32,669 bases of DNA from Planctomycetota bacterium (GCA_045863855.1 BTVV01000066.1:1-32669); one strand, 5' to 3'; counted from the stretch's first letter, positions 18,408 to 27,578 are shown. The notes: generated from the sequence alone by a model not told the origin. Program-made: numbers and translations.

Positions 18408-18447
18408 AAAATGAATAGCGCCGGCGAAGGCTGTACGCCGCCGGCGC
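18408..18447 (-). terminator. Hairpin with A/U-rich tail between rhaI and rhaEW
   Basis: 9-bp GC stem (18418-18426/18439-18447) followed on the minus strand by TATTCATTTT. A second hairpin lies at 18371-18388. Confidence 0.4.
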
Positions 18448-18455
18448 CTCGCACG

Positions 18456-19691
18456 TCAGTTCACGCCCAGCCCCGCGCCCACGGCCTTCCCCGAGCGCTC
18501 GTGCGACTTCCGCTCGTGGTAGTCGCTCGAACGGTACGCCGCCACCGGGTCCAGCGCAGCGCCCAGCTCTTCGCGCACGCTCTTCAAAAGCGGCTCCACG
18601 TCCGTGTTGAACGCTTCCGTCAGGCAGCGCTCCGCGCCCACCACGTCCAGCTTCGCCCGCGCTTCGTTCAGCTTCTTGCGGTTCACCAGCAGCGCCTTCG
18701 CCTGAGCCGACTGGATGAATTCCACCGTCTGGATCATCGCCTCCAGCTTCGGCTTGCTGTTGTGCGACTGGTCGATCATGTACGCGATCGGGAACGGCAA
18801 CGTCTTCGGCTCCGCCTCCGCCGTCACCAGCTCGACGAAAATCAAAAACAGCTCGTACGGGTTGATGCTCCCGCAGGTCAAATCGTCGTCCCCGTACTTG
18901 CGGTTGTTGAAGTGGAACCCGCCCAGCCGCTGCTCGTCGATCAGCGTCGCGACGATCTGCTCGATGTTCACGCCCTGCGCGTGGTGGCCCAGATCGACGA
19001 GCACCTGCGCGCGCTCGCCGCACTTCTGCGCCATCAGCAGCGCCATGCCCCAGTCCGGCAGGTCCGTCCCGTAAAACGCCGGCTCGTAGAACTTGTATTC
19101 GATCAACATCCGCGCGTTCTTCGGCAGCAGCGCGTAGGTCGCCTTCAGGTCTTCCTCGAAGCGCCGCTTGCGCGCGCGGAAATCGTCCTGGCCCGGATAG
19201 TCCGTCCCGTCCGCGAACCACAGCGAAAGAATATCGCTCCCCGTCGCGCGCATGATCTCCGCGCATTCCTGCATGTGCGAGAGCGCCTTCTTGCGCACGT
19301 CCTTGTTCGGATGCCCGAAGCTGCCGAACTGGTACGCCTTGTCCTGAAAGACGTTCGGATTCACCGCGCCGACCGCCACGCCGCGCTCGCTCGCGTACGC
19401 TTTGAGCTTGTTGTAATCCTCGCACTTGTCCCACGGGATATGCACCGCCACCGTCGGGCAGACCTTCGTCAGTCGGTGGCATTCCGCCGCGTCCTCGAAC
19501 TTCTCCCACACCGTCCGTGCCTCGCCCGGCTGAGCGAAAACCCCGAAGCGCGTACCGCTCGGACCGTAGCCCCAGCTCGGCGTCTCGCAGCGGAAACTTT
19601 TGATCGCCGCGCGAATCTGCTTCGCGTCCAGCCCGCGCTCCGCAAGCTTCTTCTCCAGCAGCTTGTATTCGTCCCGCCACAGTTCGCTCAT
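18456..19691 (-). CDS. rhaI: L-rhamnose isomerase (RhaI type, xylose-isomerase-like TIM barrel)
   Basis: ETPSWGYG.SGTRF, VHIPWD, WFADG, EYKFYEP, DLGHH, FHFN...DDDL, MIDQSHN. Confidence 0.93.
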   Translation of the reverse strand: MSELWRDEYKLLEKKLAERGLDAKQIRAAIKSFRCETPSWGYGPSGTRFGVFAQPGEARTVWEKFEDAAECHRLTKVCPTVAVHIPWDKCEDYNKLKAYASERGVAVGAVNPNVFQDKAYQFGSFGHPNKDVRKKALSHMQECAEIMRATGSDILSLWFADGTDYPGQDDFRARKRRFEEDLKATYALLPKNARMLIEYKFYEPAFYGTDLPDWGMALLMAQKCGERAQVLVDLGHHAQGVNIEQIVATLIDEQRLGGFHFNNRKYGDDDLTCGSINPYELFLIFVELVTAEAEPKTLPFPIAYMIDQSHNSKPKLEAMIQTVEFIQSAQAKALLVNRKKLNEARAKLDVVGAERCLTEAFNTDVEPLLKSVREELGAALDPVAAYRSSDYHERKSHERSGKAVGAGLGVN

Positions 19692-19771
19692 GACGCTCCC
19701 CTTTTATGGAATGCCGTTCACCCGTGAATGTGCCCTGCTCCGCCCGGCTCCGCGCCTAGGCGCCTATGCGA

Positions 19772-21295
19772 TCAACCCAGCTTCGCCAATCCGTGCGCCG
19801 TCTCTTTCAGCGCGGGGTACAGCCCCGCGTACAGTTGCATCCGCTCGCCGTAGGCCGCGTGCCGCTTCGCGTCCGGCTCGAAGCGCGACGTCACCTTCGC
19901 CAGCGCGCAGGCCTCGCCGATGCTCTTGAACTCGCCCAGGGCCGCGAGCCCCAGCATCGCGCCGCCTAAACAACCGGCCTCGCCGTTCTCCATCCGCGCC
20001 ACCGGCACGCCCAGAATGTCCGCCTTGATCCGCATCCACGCGGCGCTCTGAGCGCCCCCGCCGATCGCGCGGTACTCCTGCATCACGATCCCGCGCTCGC
20101 GCTGCAACCGAGCGTTCAGCGCCATCTCGTACGTCACGCCTTCCAGCACCGCCTTCAGCACCTCTTCGCGCTTCGTCTCGAGCTGCAGGCCCACGATCGC
20201 CCCGCGGCTGCGCGTGTCGAGGTACGGCGTCCCGGTGGTCGTGAAGTGCGGCAGCACCAGCAGGTTCGTCGGGCCTTCCGGCAGGTTCGAGAGCAGCCGC
20301 TCGTAAGGCTCCTGCTTCTCGATCTCCGCCGCCTGCCGGACTTCCGGAAACAGCGAATCGCGCGCCCATTTCAGCAGCGAGCCGCCCGTGAAATTGAAGA
20401 CGATGCTCAGGTACTTCCCCGGCAGCGCCGACTCGTAGCAGCAGAAATTGTGCGTCTGCATCTCGGGGTCCAGCACCGGCGCGTCGAAGACCGGCGCCAT
20501 GCACTCCACCGTCCCCGTCACGTAGCTCGCCCGGCCCGGCCGGTCGATCCCGCAGCCCAGCGAACACAGCGCCTGGTCGTGCCCGCCCGCGACAAGCTTC
20601 GCGCCCTTCGCGAAGCCCAGCGCCTGCGCAATCGGAGCCGGAATCTCGCCGATCACCGCGCCCGCCGGCTTCGGCTCGGCCCACTTATCCGGATCGACGC
20701 CCGCCAGCTCGAACAGCTCCTTAGACCACCTTTTCGCCTTCACGTCGTACGCGCCCGCGCGCCCCGCCAGGCTCGTCCCGATCGCCGGCGGCAGCCCGAA
20801 GATCGCGAAGCACGCCAGGTCTTCGTAGCACAGGAAGTACTTCGCCTTCGCGTACACCTCCGGCTTCGTGTCCTTCCACCACTGCACCTTCGGGAGCGAA
20901 TACATCCCGTGTAGCGGCATCCCGGTAGTCTGAAAGAAGCGCTTCCGCCCGATCTTCTCGTCCCAGAACTTCACGTAGCCTTCCGTCCGCTTGTCGAACG
21001 TGACGATGCTCATGCCCAGCGGCCGGCCCGCCGCGTCGACGGGCGTCACCGCTTCGCCCTGCGCGCTCGTCGCCACCGCGCGCACCGCGTCGCCCGACGC
21101 GGCCGCCAGCGCCGCCGCTTCGAAGAGCACCGTCCGCGTCGCTTCCAGCACCTGGTTCGGATCGATCTCGATCCAGCCGTTCTGCGGGAAGTGCAGCGGG
21201 TATTCGCGGTACGCGCGCCCCAGCAGCTTACCCGCCGCGTCGAACGCGCACGCCTTCACGCCCGTCGTGCCGATATCCAGACCGATTACGCTCAT
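19772..21295 (-). CDS. FGGY-family sugar kinase (XylB-like; probable rhamnulokinase by context)
   Basis: GLDIGTTGVK, GGHDQ, TGT.E, AVLEGV, IGGGAQS, MRIKADILG. Start overlaps the DeoR stop (ATGA). Confidence 0.9.
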   Translation of the reverse strand: MSVIGLDIGTTGVKACAFDAAGKLLGRAYREYPLHFPQNGWIEIDPNQVLEATRTVLFEAAALAAASGDAVRAVATSAQGEAVTPVDAAGRPLGMSIVTFDKRTEGYVKFWDEKIGRKRFFQTTGMPLHGMYSLPKVQWWKDTKPEVYAKAKYFLCYEDLACFAIFGLPPAIGTSLAGRAGAYDVKAKRWSKELFELAGVDPDKWAEPKPAGAVIGEIPAPIAQALGFAKGAKLVAGGHDQALCSLGCGIDRPGRASYVTGTVECMAPVFDAPVLDPEMQTHNFCCYESALPGKYLSIVFNFTGGSLLKWARDSLFPEVRQAAEIEKQEPYERLLSNLPEGPTNLLVLPHFTTTGTPYLDTRSRGAIVGLQLETKREEVLKAVLEGVTYEMALNARLQRERGIVMQEYRAIGGGAQSAAWMRIKADILGVPVARMENGEAGCLGGAMLGLAALGEFKSIGEACALAKVTSRFEPDAKRHAAYGERMQLYAGLYPALKETAHGLAKLG

Positions 21296-22059
21296 GAACG
21301 CATCCTCGCCGGCGCGCACGGCCGCACGCCCTGTTCGGTCACCAGCGCGTCGAACTCGCTCAGATCCGCGAGCTTGAACGGCGCCGAAAGATTGAACTTT
21401 CCCGTGTCCAGCGCCAGCGCCTTGTGCTGCGCGCGCTGCAAGTACGTCCGCTTCAGTTCGGCTTCTTCGGGCGTCGAGTCGTACACCACGCCCTCGTCCT
21501 CGAAGAGCGACGCCGCGGAGACCACCGCCCAGTCGAAGCGCATCCCGGCCAGGCTCGCCGCCGCCATCGGGCCCACCAGGCTTCCCGTCCGCGTGTGCGG
21601 CTCGCCCCCGTGCAGCGCCACCCGGATTCCGCTGGGATGGTTGTACAGGTCCGCGAAGAGCGGCAGGCCGCTCGTCACCACGAACAGCTCCCGCGCCGCC
21701 GGATGCCGCGGCAGCAACTGCCCCAGCGGATACGCCGTGGTGCTCGCGTCGATCAGGATCGTCCGCGCCTCCGCCAGCAGCTTGAACAGGTGCCGCCCGA
21801 TCGCGACCTTCGCCTGCCACGCCGACGCCCGGCGCTCTTCGAACGTCCGCGCCCAAGGGTTGGGCTCGCTCCCGTTCTCCTCCACCGCCACCGCGCCGCC
21901 GTGAACCTTCCGCACCAAGCCCTGTTCGGCCAGCGCGTCGAGGTCGCGGTGAATCGTCATCCGGCTGACCTTCAGGACCTTCTCGGCCTGGGCCACCGTC
22001 AGCGATCCGTCGCGGCGCAGCGCTTCGAGCAAGCGGCGCCGTCGGTCCTCTACCAGCAT
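21292..22059 (-). CDS. DeoR/GlpR-family transcriptional regulator (RhaR-like by context)
   Basis: VSRMTIHRDLDAL...KVHGGA HTH; IDASTT; DTGKF. GGGGAG SD before ATG 22059. Confidence 0.93.
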   Translation of the reverse strand: MLVEDRRRRLLEALRRDGSLTVAQAEKVLKVSRMTIHRDLDALAEQGLVRKVHGGAVAVEENGSEPNPWARTFEERRASAWQAKVAIGRHLFKLLAEARTILIDASTTAYPLGQLLPRHPAARELFVVTSGLPLFADLYNHPSGIRVALHGGEPHTRTGSLVGPMAAASLAGMRFDWAVVSAASLFEDEGVVYDSTPEEAELKRTYLQRAQHKALALDTGKFNLSAPFKLADLSEFDALVTEQGVRPCAPARMRS

Positions 22060-22075
22060 GCCTGGGAACTCCCCC

Positions 22076-22118
22076 TGTGCGATAGTCACATTTTGTAACA
22101 AAATATCACAATCGTCAA
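22076..22118 (-). promoter_or_regulatory. Promoter and putative DeoR operator of the rhamnose operon
   Basis: TTGACG (22118-22113), 17 nt, CAAAAT (22095-22090). TGTGA/TGTTA/TGTGA repeats at 10-bp period overlap the promoter. Confidence 0.7.
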
Positions 22119-22214
22119 GCCGATTCGGCTCGAATAGGCCGTCCCGCATTGCTTTTTGATTGATCTAATCTAAATACCCAAAAGGAATTACAAGCGTGCT
22201 ACAATAATTTGAAC

Positions 22215-22931
22215 ATGTGCGCCGATCAAACCGACCCCGCTCCCCCGCCCCCGCCCGTTTGGGCCCGCCGGAAGCTCGTTCTCGGCGGCGGCTTGCTGGC
22301 TGTCACGTTTTTCCTGCCCATGCTTGGCGGGTGTCTTGAGATCAGTCCGCTGAGCATCGTGGAAGACTCACCAGCCGATTGGCTGAATGAAATGAGTGAA
22401 GCGGAACGCGCTGCCGATCCTGAGGCTTGGACTTGGCACGTCAGGCACGTATACATGACCGTTTGGAGCTTTGCCGCGCCGCACCTGTTTGGATTCCTCG
22501 TGGCGCTGGCAGCGCTCCTGATCTGGCGCTTGCGGCCTTCGCTTGCTACTCGGTTACTCGCCACGGTGACCGCCGCTGCGGCAGCGCTCGTCACGCTGTT
22601 GCCTTCGTTCATCTACCTCACTTACGATGTGGAGAGTCCTTACGCCAAGGCTTGGCAGATCCGCGAAGAAGTCTTCCCGATTCTGGTTGCGAGCTGGTGC
22701 GTAGTGGCGTACCTGCTGCTGAGCGCCAAGCACGCACGGTCCACCGCCGAACAGACCGGCTGGCTCGCCGTCGCCGGTGCGTTCCCCACGGCGGGATGGC
22801 TGCTCTTTCTAGCCAGCATCGACGAAGGATTGCTTTGGGGCTTTTATCTGGCGGCGGCAGGGACCGCGTTGCTTTTCACCGGTGGCTTCTGGACCGTCCG
22901 CGCCTGCCGTCGCGCGACTACAACTCGATAA
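22215..22931 (+). CDS. Hypothetical multi-pass membrane protein
   Basis: About 6 hydrophobic segments; extended -10 TGcTACAAT at 22197-22205; convergent overlap with the next gene. Confidence 0.7.
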   Translation: MCADQTDPAPPPPPVWARRKLVLGGGLLAVTFFLPMLGGCLEISPLSIVEDSPADWLNEMSEAERAADPEAWTWHVRHVYMTVWSFAAPHLFGFLVALAALLIWRLRPSLATRLLATVTAAAAALVTLLPSFIYLTYDVESPYAKAWQIREEVFPILVASWCVVAYLLLSAKHARSTAEQTGWLAVAGAFPTAGWLLFLASIDEGLLWGFYLAAAGTALLFTGGFWTVRACRRATTTR

Positions 22932-23805
22932 CCATTCCCTCGTACGCCGCATCCACGTCCACGCCCACCTTGCTCCCTTCGCGCCGAGCGTCGCTCTCGA
23001 TCCGCGCGATGAACCAGTCGTCGTGCATCGGATCGTGGTGCGTCAATAGCAGCCGCTTGCACCGCCCCGCCAGCGCTTCCTTCAAGCCGTGCCGCCACGT
23101 GCTGTGGCCCCAGCCTTTGCGCGGAAAGCTCTTGGTCCCTTCGTACTCGTCCTCGGTGTACTGAGCGTCGTAGAGCATCACGTCCGCGCCCTGCGCGATC
23201 CCCTGCAGCTTCGGATTCACCTGGTCAAGGTGCTCGGTGTCGGTCGCGAAGACGAAGACGCCCACGCCGTCGGGCCGATGCTCTTCGACGCGAAACCCGA
23301 AGCAGCCGCCCGGATGGTTCAGTTCCGCCGTGCGGATCTGCAGTTCGCTCGACGTACCCGGCAATTTCACCAGCGAACCGGCCTCCACTTCGCGGAATTC
23401 CAGCTTCGCGCCCATGTCCGCAAGCTGCACCGGAAAGTTCAGGCTGCGCTGCTGCCCGCGCAGCGCGTTCTCGAGCACGCTGCCCACCACCCCCGTCTCG
23501 CGTTCGTGCACCGGGCCGTACAGCCGGAACGAGTTGCCCTTCATGAAGCACGGCACGAAAAACGGGAAGCCCTGGATGTGGTCCCAATGCACGTGGCTGA
23601 AGAAGAAGTCCGCCGATACCGGCTGGCCCTGCTCGACGAGATGCAGCCCGAAGTTCCGCAGCCCCGATCCGCCGTCGAAGATCACCAGGCGCCCCGCCGC
23701 CTCCACCGATACGCAGGTCGTGTTCCCGCCGTAGCGGCTGGTCACGAACTCCGGCGTGCTGGGTGTCGGGATGCTCCCGCGAGCGCCCCAGATGGTGATC
23801 TTCAC
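22918..23805 (-). CDS. MBL-fold metallo-hydrolase (RNase Z/phosphodiesterase-like)
   Basis: WGARGSIP, YGGNTTCV, DGGSG, SHVHWDHIQGFPFF, NHPGG, TDTEH, GWGHS, THHDP. GGGGGAGG SD before the GTG. Confidence 0.92.
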   Translation of the reverse strand: MKITIWGARGSIPTPSTPEFVTSRYGGNTTCVSVEAAGRLVIFDGGSGLRNFGLHLVEQGQPVSADFFFSHVHWDHIQGFPFFVPCFMKGNSFRLYGPVHERETGVVGSVLENALRGQQRSLNFPVQLADMGAKLEFREVEAGSLVKLPGTSSELQIRTAELNHPGGCFGFRVEEHRPDGVGVFVFATDTEHLDQVNPKLQGIAQGADVMLYDAQYTEDEYEGTKSFPRKGWGHSTWRHGLKEALAGRCKRLLLTHHDPMHDDWFIARIESDARREGSKVGVDVDAAYEGMVIEL

Positions 23806-23826
23806 GCGCCCTCCCCCCGGACCCGC

Positions 23827-24906
23827 TTAACGGTCGCGGAACGGATCCCGCCCGTCGACGGTCGAAGGCATCGTCATCGCCGCGCCGCCCGAAGCGCCCT
23901 TGCTCTCGGAACCCTGCGTCGTCAGTTCCTCGTAAATGATCCGCACGTTAGGGCCCAGCCACTCCGCGTAATTCCGCCAGTTCGCCGCGTTGGGCACCTT
24001 CACGCTCTTCATCGCCTGATCCAGCGGCTGGCCCGTCTTCACCGCCGCCGTCACTTCGCCCAGCAACGCCGTCAGGAACTCGCGCTGCTGCTTCAGCAGT
24101 TCCTTCCCGCCCAGAGTGCCGTGCCCCGGCACCACGATGTCGATATCCATCTGCTCCAGTTCCATCAGCTTCTTGATCCAGTTGCGCACCGACCGCGTCC
24201 GGCCTTCGTAGTACGGCATGAAGCCCACCAGCACCAGGTCCCCCGCGAAGAGCACCTTCTGCTGCGGCAATAGCACCACGCAATCCCCTTCGCCCACGCA
24301 GTCGCCCATCGAGATCATCTTGATCTCCACTTCGGGCGTGTGCAGCGTCAGCGTGCCTTCGAAGGTGATCGTCGGCTGCGTCAGGCTCTGCGCGTGCATC
24401 TCCAGCCCCGGAACCTTGAACTGGCTCTTGAGCAGTTCGCGCATGCGCGTCACTTCGTTCAGATCGGCCAGATGCTTGCCCGCGCGGTCGGTTGAAATCA
24501 CGTCCGCGCTCGAATTGAACTCCTGGTTCCCGAACGTGTGCGAGGCGCGGTAGGTCGTGTTCAGCGCGTACAGCACCGGCGGCGCCAGCGTCGGCATGCG
24601 CTCCTTGCCCGCCCGGAACTTCTCGTCCCAGAACACCTTGCTCGCGCGCAGCGCGGCCAGATTGATGTTCTTACCGATCTCGGGGCTCAACGGAGGATCG
24701 ATCACCACCGCGCCGATGCTCGTCGTCACGATACCCGCGTTCGGAGCGCCGTCCTTGCCCATCGCCGCGTAGACGTAGGTCTTGCCTTCCAGACCCTTCA
24801 ACGGCTCCACCGTGTACTGGCATCCGCTTAAGGCGACCATCACCAAAGGCACGAGCAGCGCGCTCCACCTCGACGGGCGTGCGCCACGCCGGTTCCAGAT
24901 TGTCAT
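23827..24906 (-). CDS. MBL-fold lipoprotein with a degenerate metal-binding motif
   Basis: Lipobox LSGC; NAGIV, VVID, NTTYRASHTFGN, LFAGDL, VVPGHG. Confidence 0.82.
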   Translation of the reverse strand: MTIWNRRGARPSRWSALLVPLVMVALSGCQYTVEPLKGLEGKTYVYAAMGKDGAPNAGIVTTSIGAVVIDPPLSPEIGKNINLAALRASKVFWDEKFRAGKERMPTLAPPVLYALNTTYRASHTFGNQEFNSSADVISTDRAGKHLADLNEVTRMRELLKSQFKVPGLEMHAQSLTQPTITFEGTLTLHTPEVEIKMISMGDCVGEGDCVVLLPQQKVLFAGDLVLVGFMPYYEGRTRSVRNWIKKLMELEQMDIDIVVPGHGTLGGKELLKQQREFLTALLGEVTAAVKTGQPLDQAMKSVKVPNAANWRNYAEWLGPNVRIIYEELTTQGSESKGASGGAAMTMPSTVDGRDPFRDR

Positions 24907-24954
24907 GCCGCTCGTTCTCCTCGAAAAACCGCGCGCCGCGCGGGCGCACGGAGG

Positions 24955-26133
24955 TTATTTCACCAGACGGGCCTTCGCCCAGTTCAGGTGATCCCCCGCA
25001 TCATCGTTATCGGAACCGTAGTCGCAAATCAACTCCAAGGTCTTGCCGCCCGCCAGCGCCACCTTCACCTTCTGAGCCGGCTGCGTGCCCTTGGCCTCGC
25101 CTTGCGCCTTCTCCGTGCCATCCACCAGCACCTTCCACGTACAGACCGCGCCCGCCGGAGCCGACGCATCCAGCCCCACGTCCGCCAGGAACAGTGCGTA
25201 CCCGCCGCCCAGGTCGTACGTCAGCTTGCTGAAGCTGTGCACGCCCAGACCCTTCTCGTACTCCTGTTTACCGATGTTCAAACTCGTCCCATTCGCCGCG
25301 CGGTCCTTGCGCAGCGGAAACGCCACCGGAGATCCGCCCACCAGCGGAAGCTGCTCCGCCGACTTCGGCTCCAGATCGCCCAGGTACGTCAGCTTCCCGC
25401 CGCTCACCCCGATCCGCAGCACCTTCCCCAGCGGAACCGCCCACGTCAGCCCCGCCGCCGCTTCGATCTGCAGGATCCCGTTGGCCAGACCCGCCAGCCG
25501 CCCGCTCAACGCCGAACCGTCCGCCAAGCGCACCGAAGCCTTTACGCCCTCCGCGCCCTTGAACGCCTCCAGCGCCGCGAACCGGAAGCCCGCCAGCTCC
25601 TCGAACGTATGCGTCGACTTCTGCCCGCCCACCTCGAACGTCAGATCCTTATCCGTGAACGCGCCCATAAACCCCGAAAGCGACTCGCCGCGCGCCGTCA
25701 GCAGCTTGTCCTGGTCCGGATCGGCCCCCTCGAAGAACGCGTTCACCGTACCCTCCGCCAGCGCCACCTTCGGACGGAAGACGATCCCGCGCAGCACCCC
25801 GCTCTTCAGCGTCAGTTCGCCCAGCAGCTCCGACTTGACCTTCAGTTCGTTCTCGTTCCCCGCAAGCACCGTCGCCGCCAGCCGGTCGCCGTTGCGCAGC
25901 ACCACTTCGGGTAGCGTCCCCGCGGACTCGGCCCGGGCGCCCTGCACCGTCACTTCCTCCAGATCCGTCAACGCCACCGTCTGTGCGCCCACCGTCAGGC
26001 CCTTCTCCGCGTCCACCGCCTTCAACGGACCGCTCACTTCTTCGCCGTCCACCTTCACCAGCGTGAACTCGCCCGCCTGCAGGACCCCGCATAGCGCCAG
26101 CAGCACTACGACCCAAAACCGTGAAACGTCCAT
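24955..26133 (-). CDS. Secreted protein with C-terminal NPCBM/NEW2 carbohydrate-binding domain
   Basis: Signal peptide; repeated L.NGD/DG.L.G beta modules; YLGDL...KGLGVHS.S.LTYDL...VGLD...GDHLNWAKARL. Confidence 0.85.
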   Translation of the reverse strand: MDVSRFWVVVLLALCGVLQAGEFTLVKVDGEEVSGPLKAVDAEKGLTVGAQTVALTDLEEVTVQGARAESAGTLPEVVLRNGDRLAATVLAGNENELKVKSELLGELTLKSGVLRGIVFRPKVALAEGTVNAFFEGADPDQDKLLTARGESLSGFMGAFTDKDLTFEVGGQKSTHTFEELAGFRFAALEAFKGAEGVKASVRLADGSALSGRLAGLANGILQIEAAAGLTWAVPLGKVLRIGVSGGKLTYLGDLEPKSAEQLPLVGGSPVAFPLRKDRAANGTSLNIGKQEYEKGLGVHSFSKLTYDLGGGYALFLADVGLDASAPAGAVCTWKVLVDGTEKAQGEAKGTQPAQKVKVALAGGKTLELICDYGSDNDDAGDHLNWAKARLVK

Positions 26134-26153
26134 GCGTCACCTCGTTCAACGCG

Positions 26154-27578
26154 CTATTCCGACGTGCGCACGTCCTTCAGCTTTTTGCGCGCTTCGTCGG
26201 ACATCTCGATCTTCGCTTCGTTCTTCGGCTCGTCTTTCGCCGCCGCGTCCGTCTTCGCGCCGCCCTGCTTCTCGGACCACCACTTCTTCCAGTCCTCGGG
26301 CGCATCGTGGCTCTGCCCGGTCAGCTCCTTCAGCGCCTTCACGATCTCCGCGCGAACCTTGTAGTCCTCGTCGCCGCAGGCCTCCACCAGAGCGCTCGTC
26401 ACCGTCTCCGCCTTCATCCGCCGCAGGATATCCGCCGCGTCCTTGCGCACCATCGGGCTGGCGTCCTTCAAGGCCAGCGCCACGTCGGCCGCGCGAGCTT
26501 TCCCGCCGTGCTGCCCCAGCGCGAAAACCGCCCGCGTCCGCACCGCCTCCTGCTCCGAACTCATCAGCGCCTTCAGCGCCCCGTAGCCCGTGTCGCTTCC
26601 CAACTGCGCCGCCGCGATCGCCGCGTACAGACGCACGTCCTCGTCTTCGCCCGCCGCGTCGAAATGCTTCGCCAGCGCCGGAACCGCCGCCTTGTACTTG
26701 CTGTTGCCCAGCGCGCGAGCCGCGTCGCGCCGGATCTTCGGGTTCTTATGCTCCAGCACTTCCACCAGCGCCGGACCCGAACGCGGATCCTTCGAATCTC
26801 CCAGCGCGATCAGGATCGACCGCACCTCGTCGTCCGTCGTGCCTTCGGCCCGAAAGAGCGCCACCAGCCCCGGCACGATCAGGTTGCCCATCTCGCGCAG
26901 CTCTTTCCAAGCCGCGTCGCGCGCGTCTTTCTCCTCTTCCAACGTCGCACGGATCAGGCGCTTCACCTTGCGGACCATGTCCGGGTCCGCCGGTTCTTCG
27001 GCAGCGGGCGCCGCCGCCGGAGTAACCGGCTCGGCCTTCGCCGCTCCCGGCCGCGCCGCCTCGCCCGCGCCCGCCGGCGCCGCAGGCGGCGTCGCCGCAG
27101 GAGAACCGCCGCCGGGAAACTCGTCCCCGCCCAGCCAGCCGCCGTCCTCGCCGAAGCGCGCTTCGTACTTTTTATCGCTCCCGTTGTACCGTTTGCGTAC
27201 CTCGAAGACCCGCCCCTTCCCGCCCTCGCGTTTCACTTCCCACGCGCCCGTCCCCGCCACATCGCCCGCCCACGTCCGAAACGCCGCCTGCACGGCCTCC
27301 GGGACCTGCGCCGGCGCGAAGCGCCGCTGCTCCTCTTCCAGAATCGTTCCGTCCGCGCGCACCACCACCTTGAACGCCTCGCCCTGGTTCAAGCGGTCGG
27401 TGGCCTTCACTTCGTATACCGCGCCCCCGTCGCGCGACTTCGCCTTCGACTCCCGGATCGTCGCCTCGGGACACGCCGCCTCGAAGCCCTTTTTCGCGGC
27501 CTCCGGCCAATCCTCACCCGCCGCCAAAACTCCGGCGGCCAGCACGATCGACACCCCGATGCCCCACGCGCTACGCAT
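26154..27578 (-). CDS. Secreted PepSY-like domain + HEAT-repeat protein
   Basis: Signal peptide; two PepSY-like repeats (VPEAVQAAF...YEARFGEDG); Pro/Ala linker; HEAT repeats (IRRDAARALG, VRTRAVFALG, VRKDAA). Confidence 0.85.
   Translation of the reverse strand: MRSAWGIGVSIVLAAGVLAAGEDWPEAAKKGFEAACPEATIRESKAKSRDGGAVYEVKATDRLNQGEAFKVVVRADGTILEEEQRRFAPAQVPEAVQAAFRTWAGDVAGTGAWEVKREGGKGRVFEVRKRYNGSDKKYEARFGEDGGWLGGDEFPGGGSPAATPPAAPAGAGEAARPGAAKAEPVTPAAAPAAEEPADPDMVRKVKRLIRATLEEEKDARDAAWKELREMGNLIVPGLVALFRAEGTTDDEVRSILIALGDSKDPRSGPALVEVLEHKNPKIRRDAARALGNSKYKAAVPALAKHFDAAGEDEDVRLYAAIAAAQLGSDTGYGALKALMSSEQEAVRTRAVFALGQHGGKARAADVALALKDASPMVRKDAADILRRMKAETVTSALVEACGDEDYKVRAEIVKALKELTGQSHDAPEDWKKWWSEKQGGAKTDAAAKDEPKNEAKIEMSDEARKKLKDVRTSE

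Noticed and set aside
16544..18418. 624-aa plus-strand ORF
   Set aside because: Antisense shadow of rhaEW.
19772..21856. 694-aa version of the kinase ORF, and similar N-terminal extensions of lutC, rhaEW, DeoR and the kelch gene
   Set aside because: The extensions overlap upstream genes or promoters; internal starts have SD motifs or ATGA coupling.
22076..22090. CRP site (TGTGC...TCACA)
   Set aside because: The spacer is 5 nt rather than 6, and the motif is better explained as part of the phased DeoR-type repeats.
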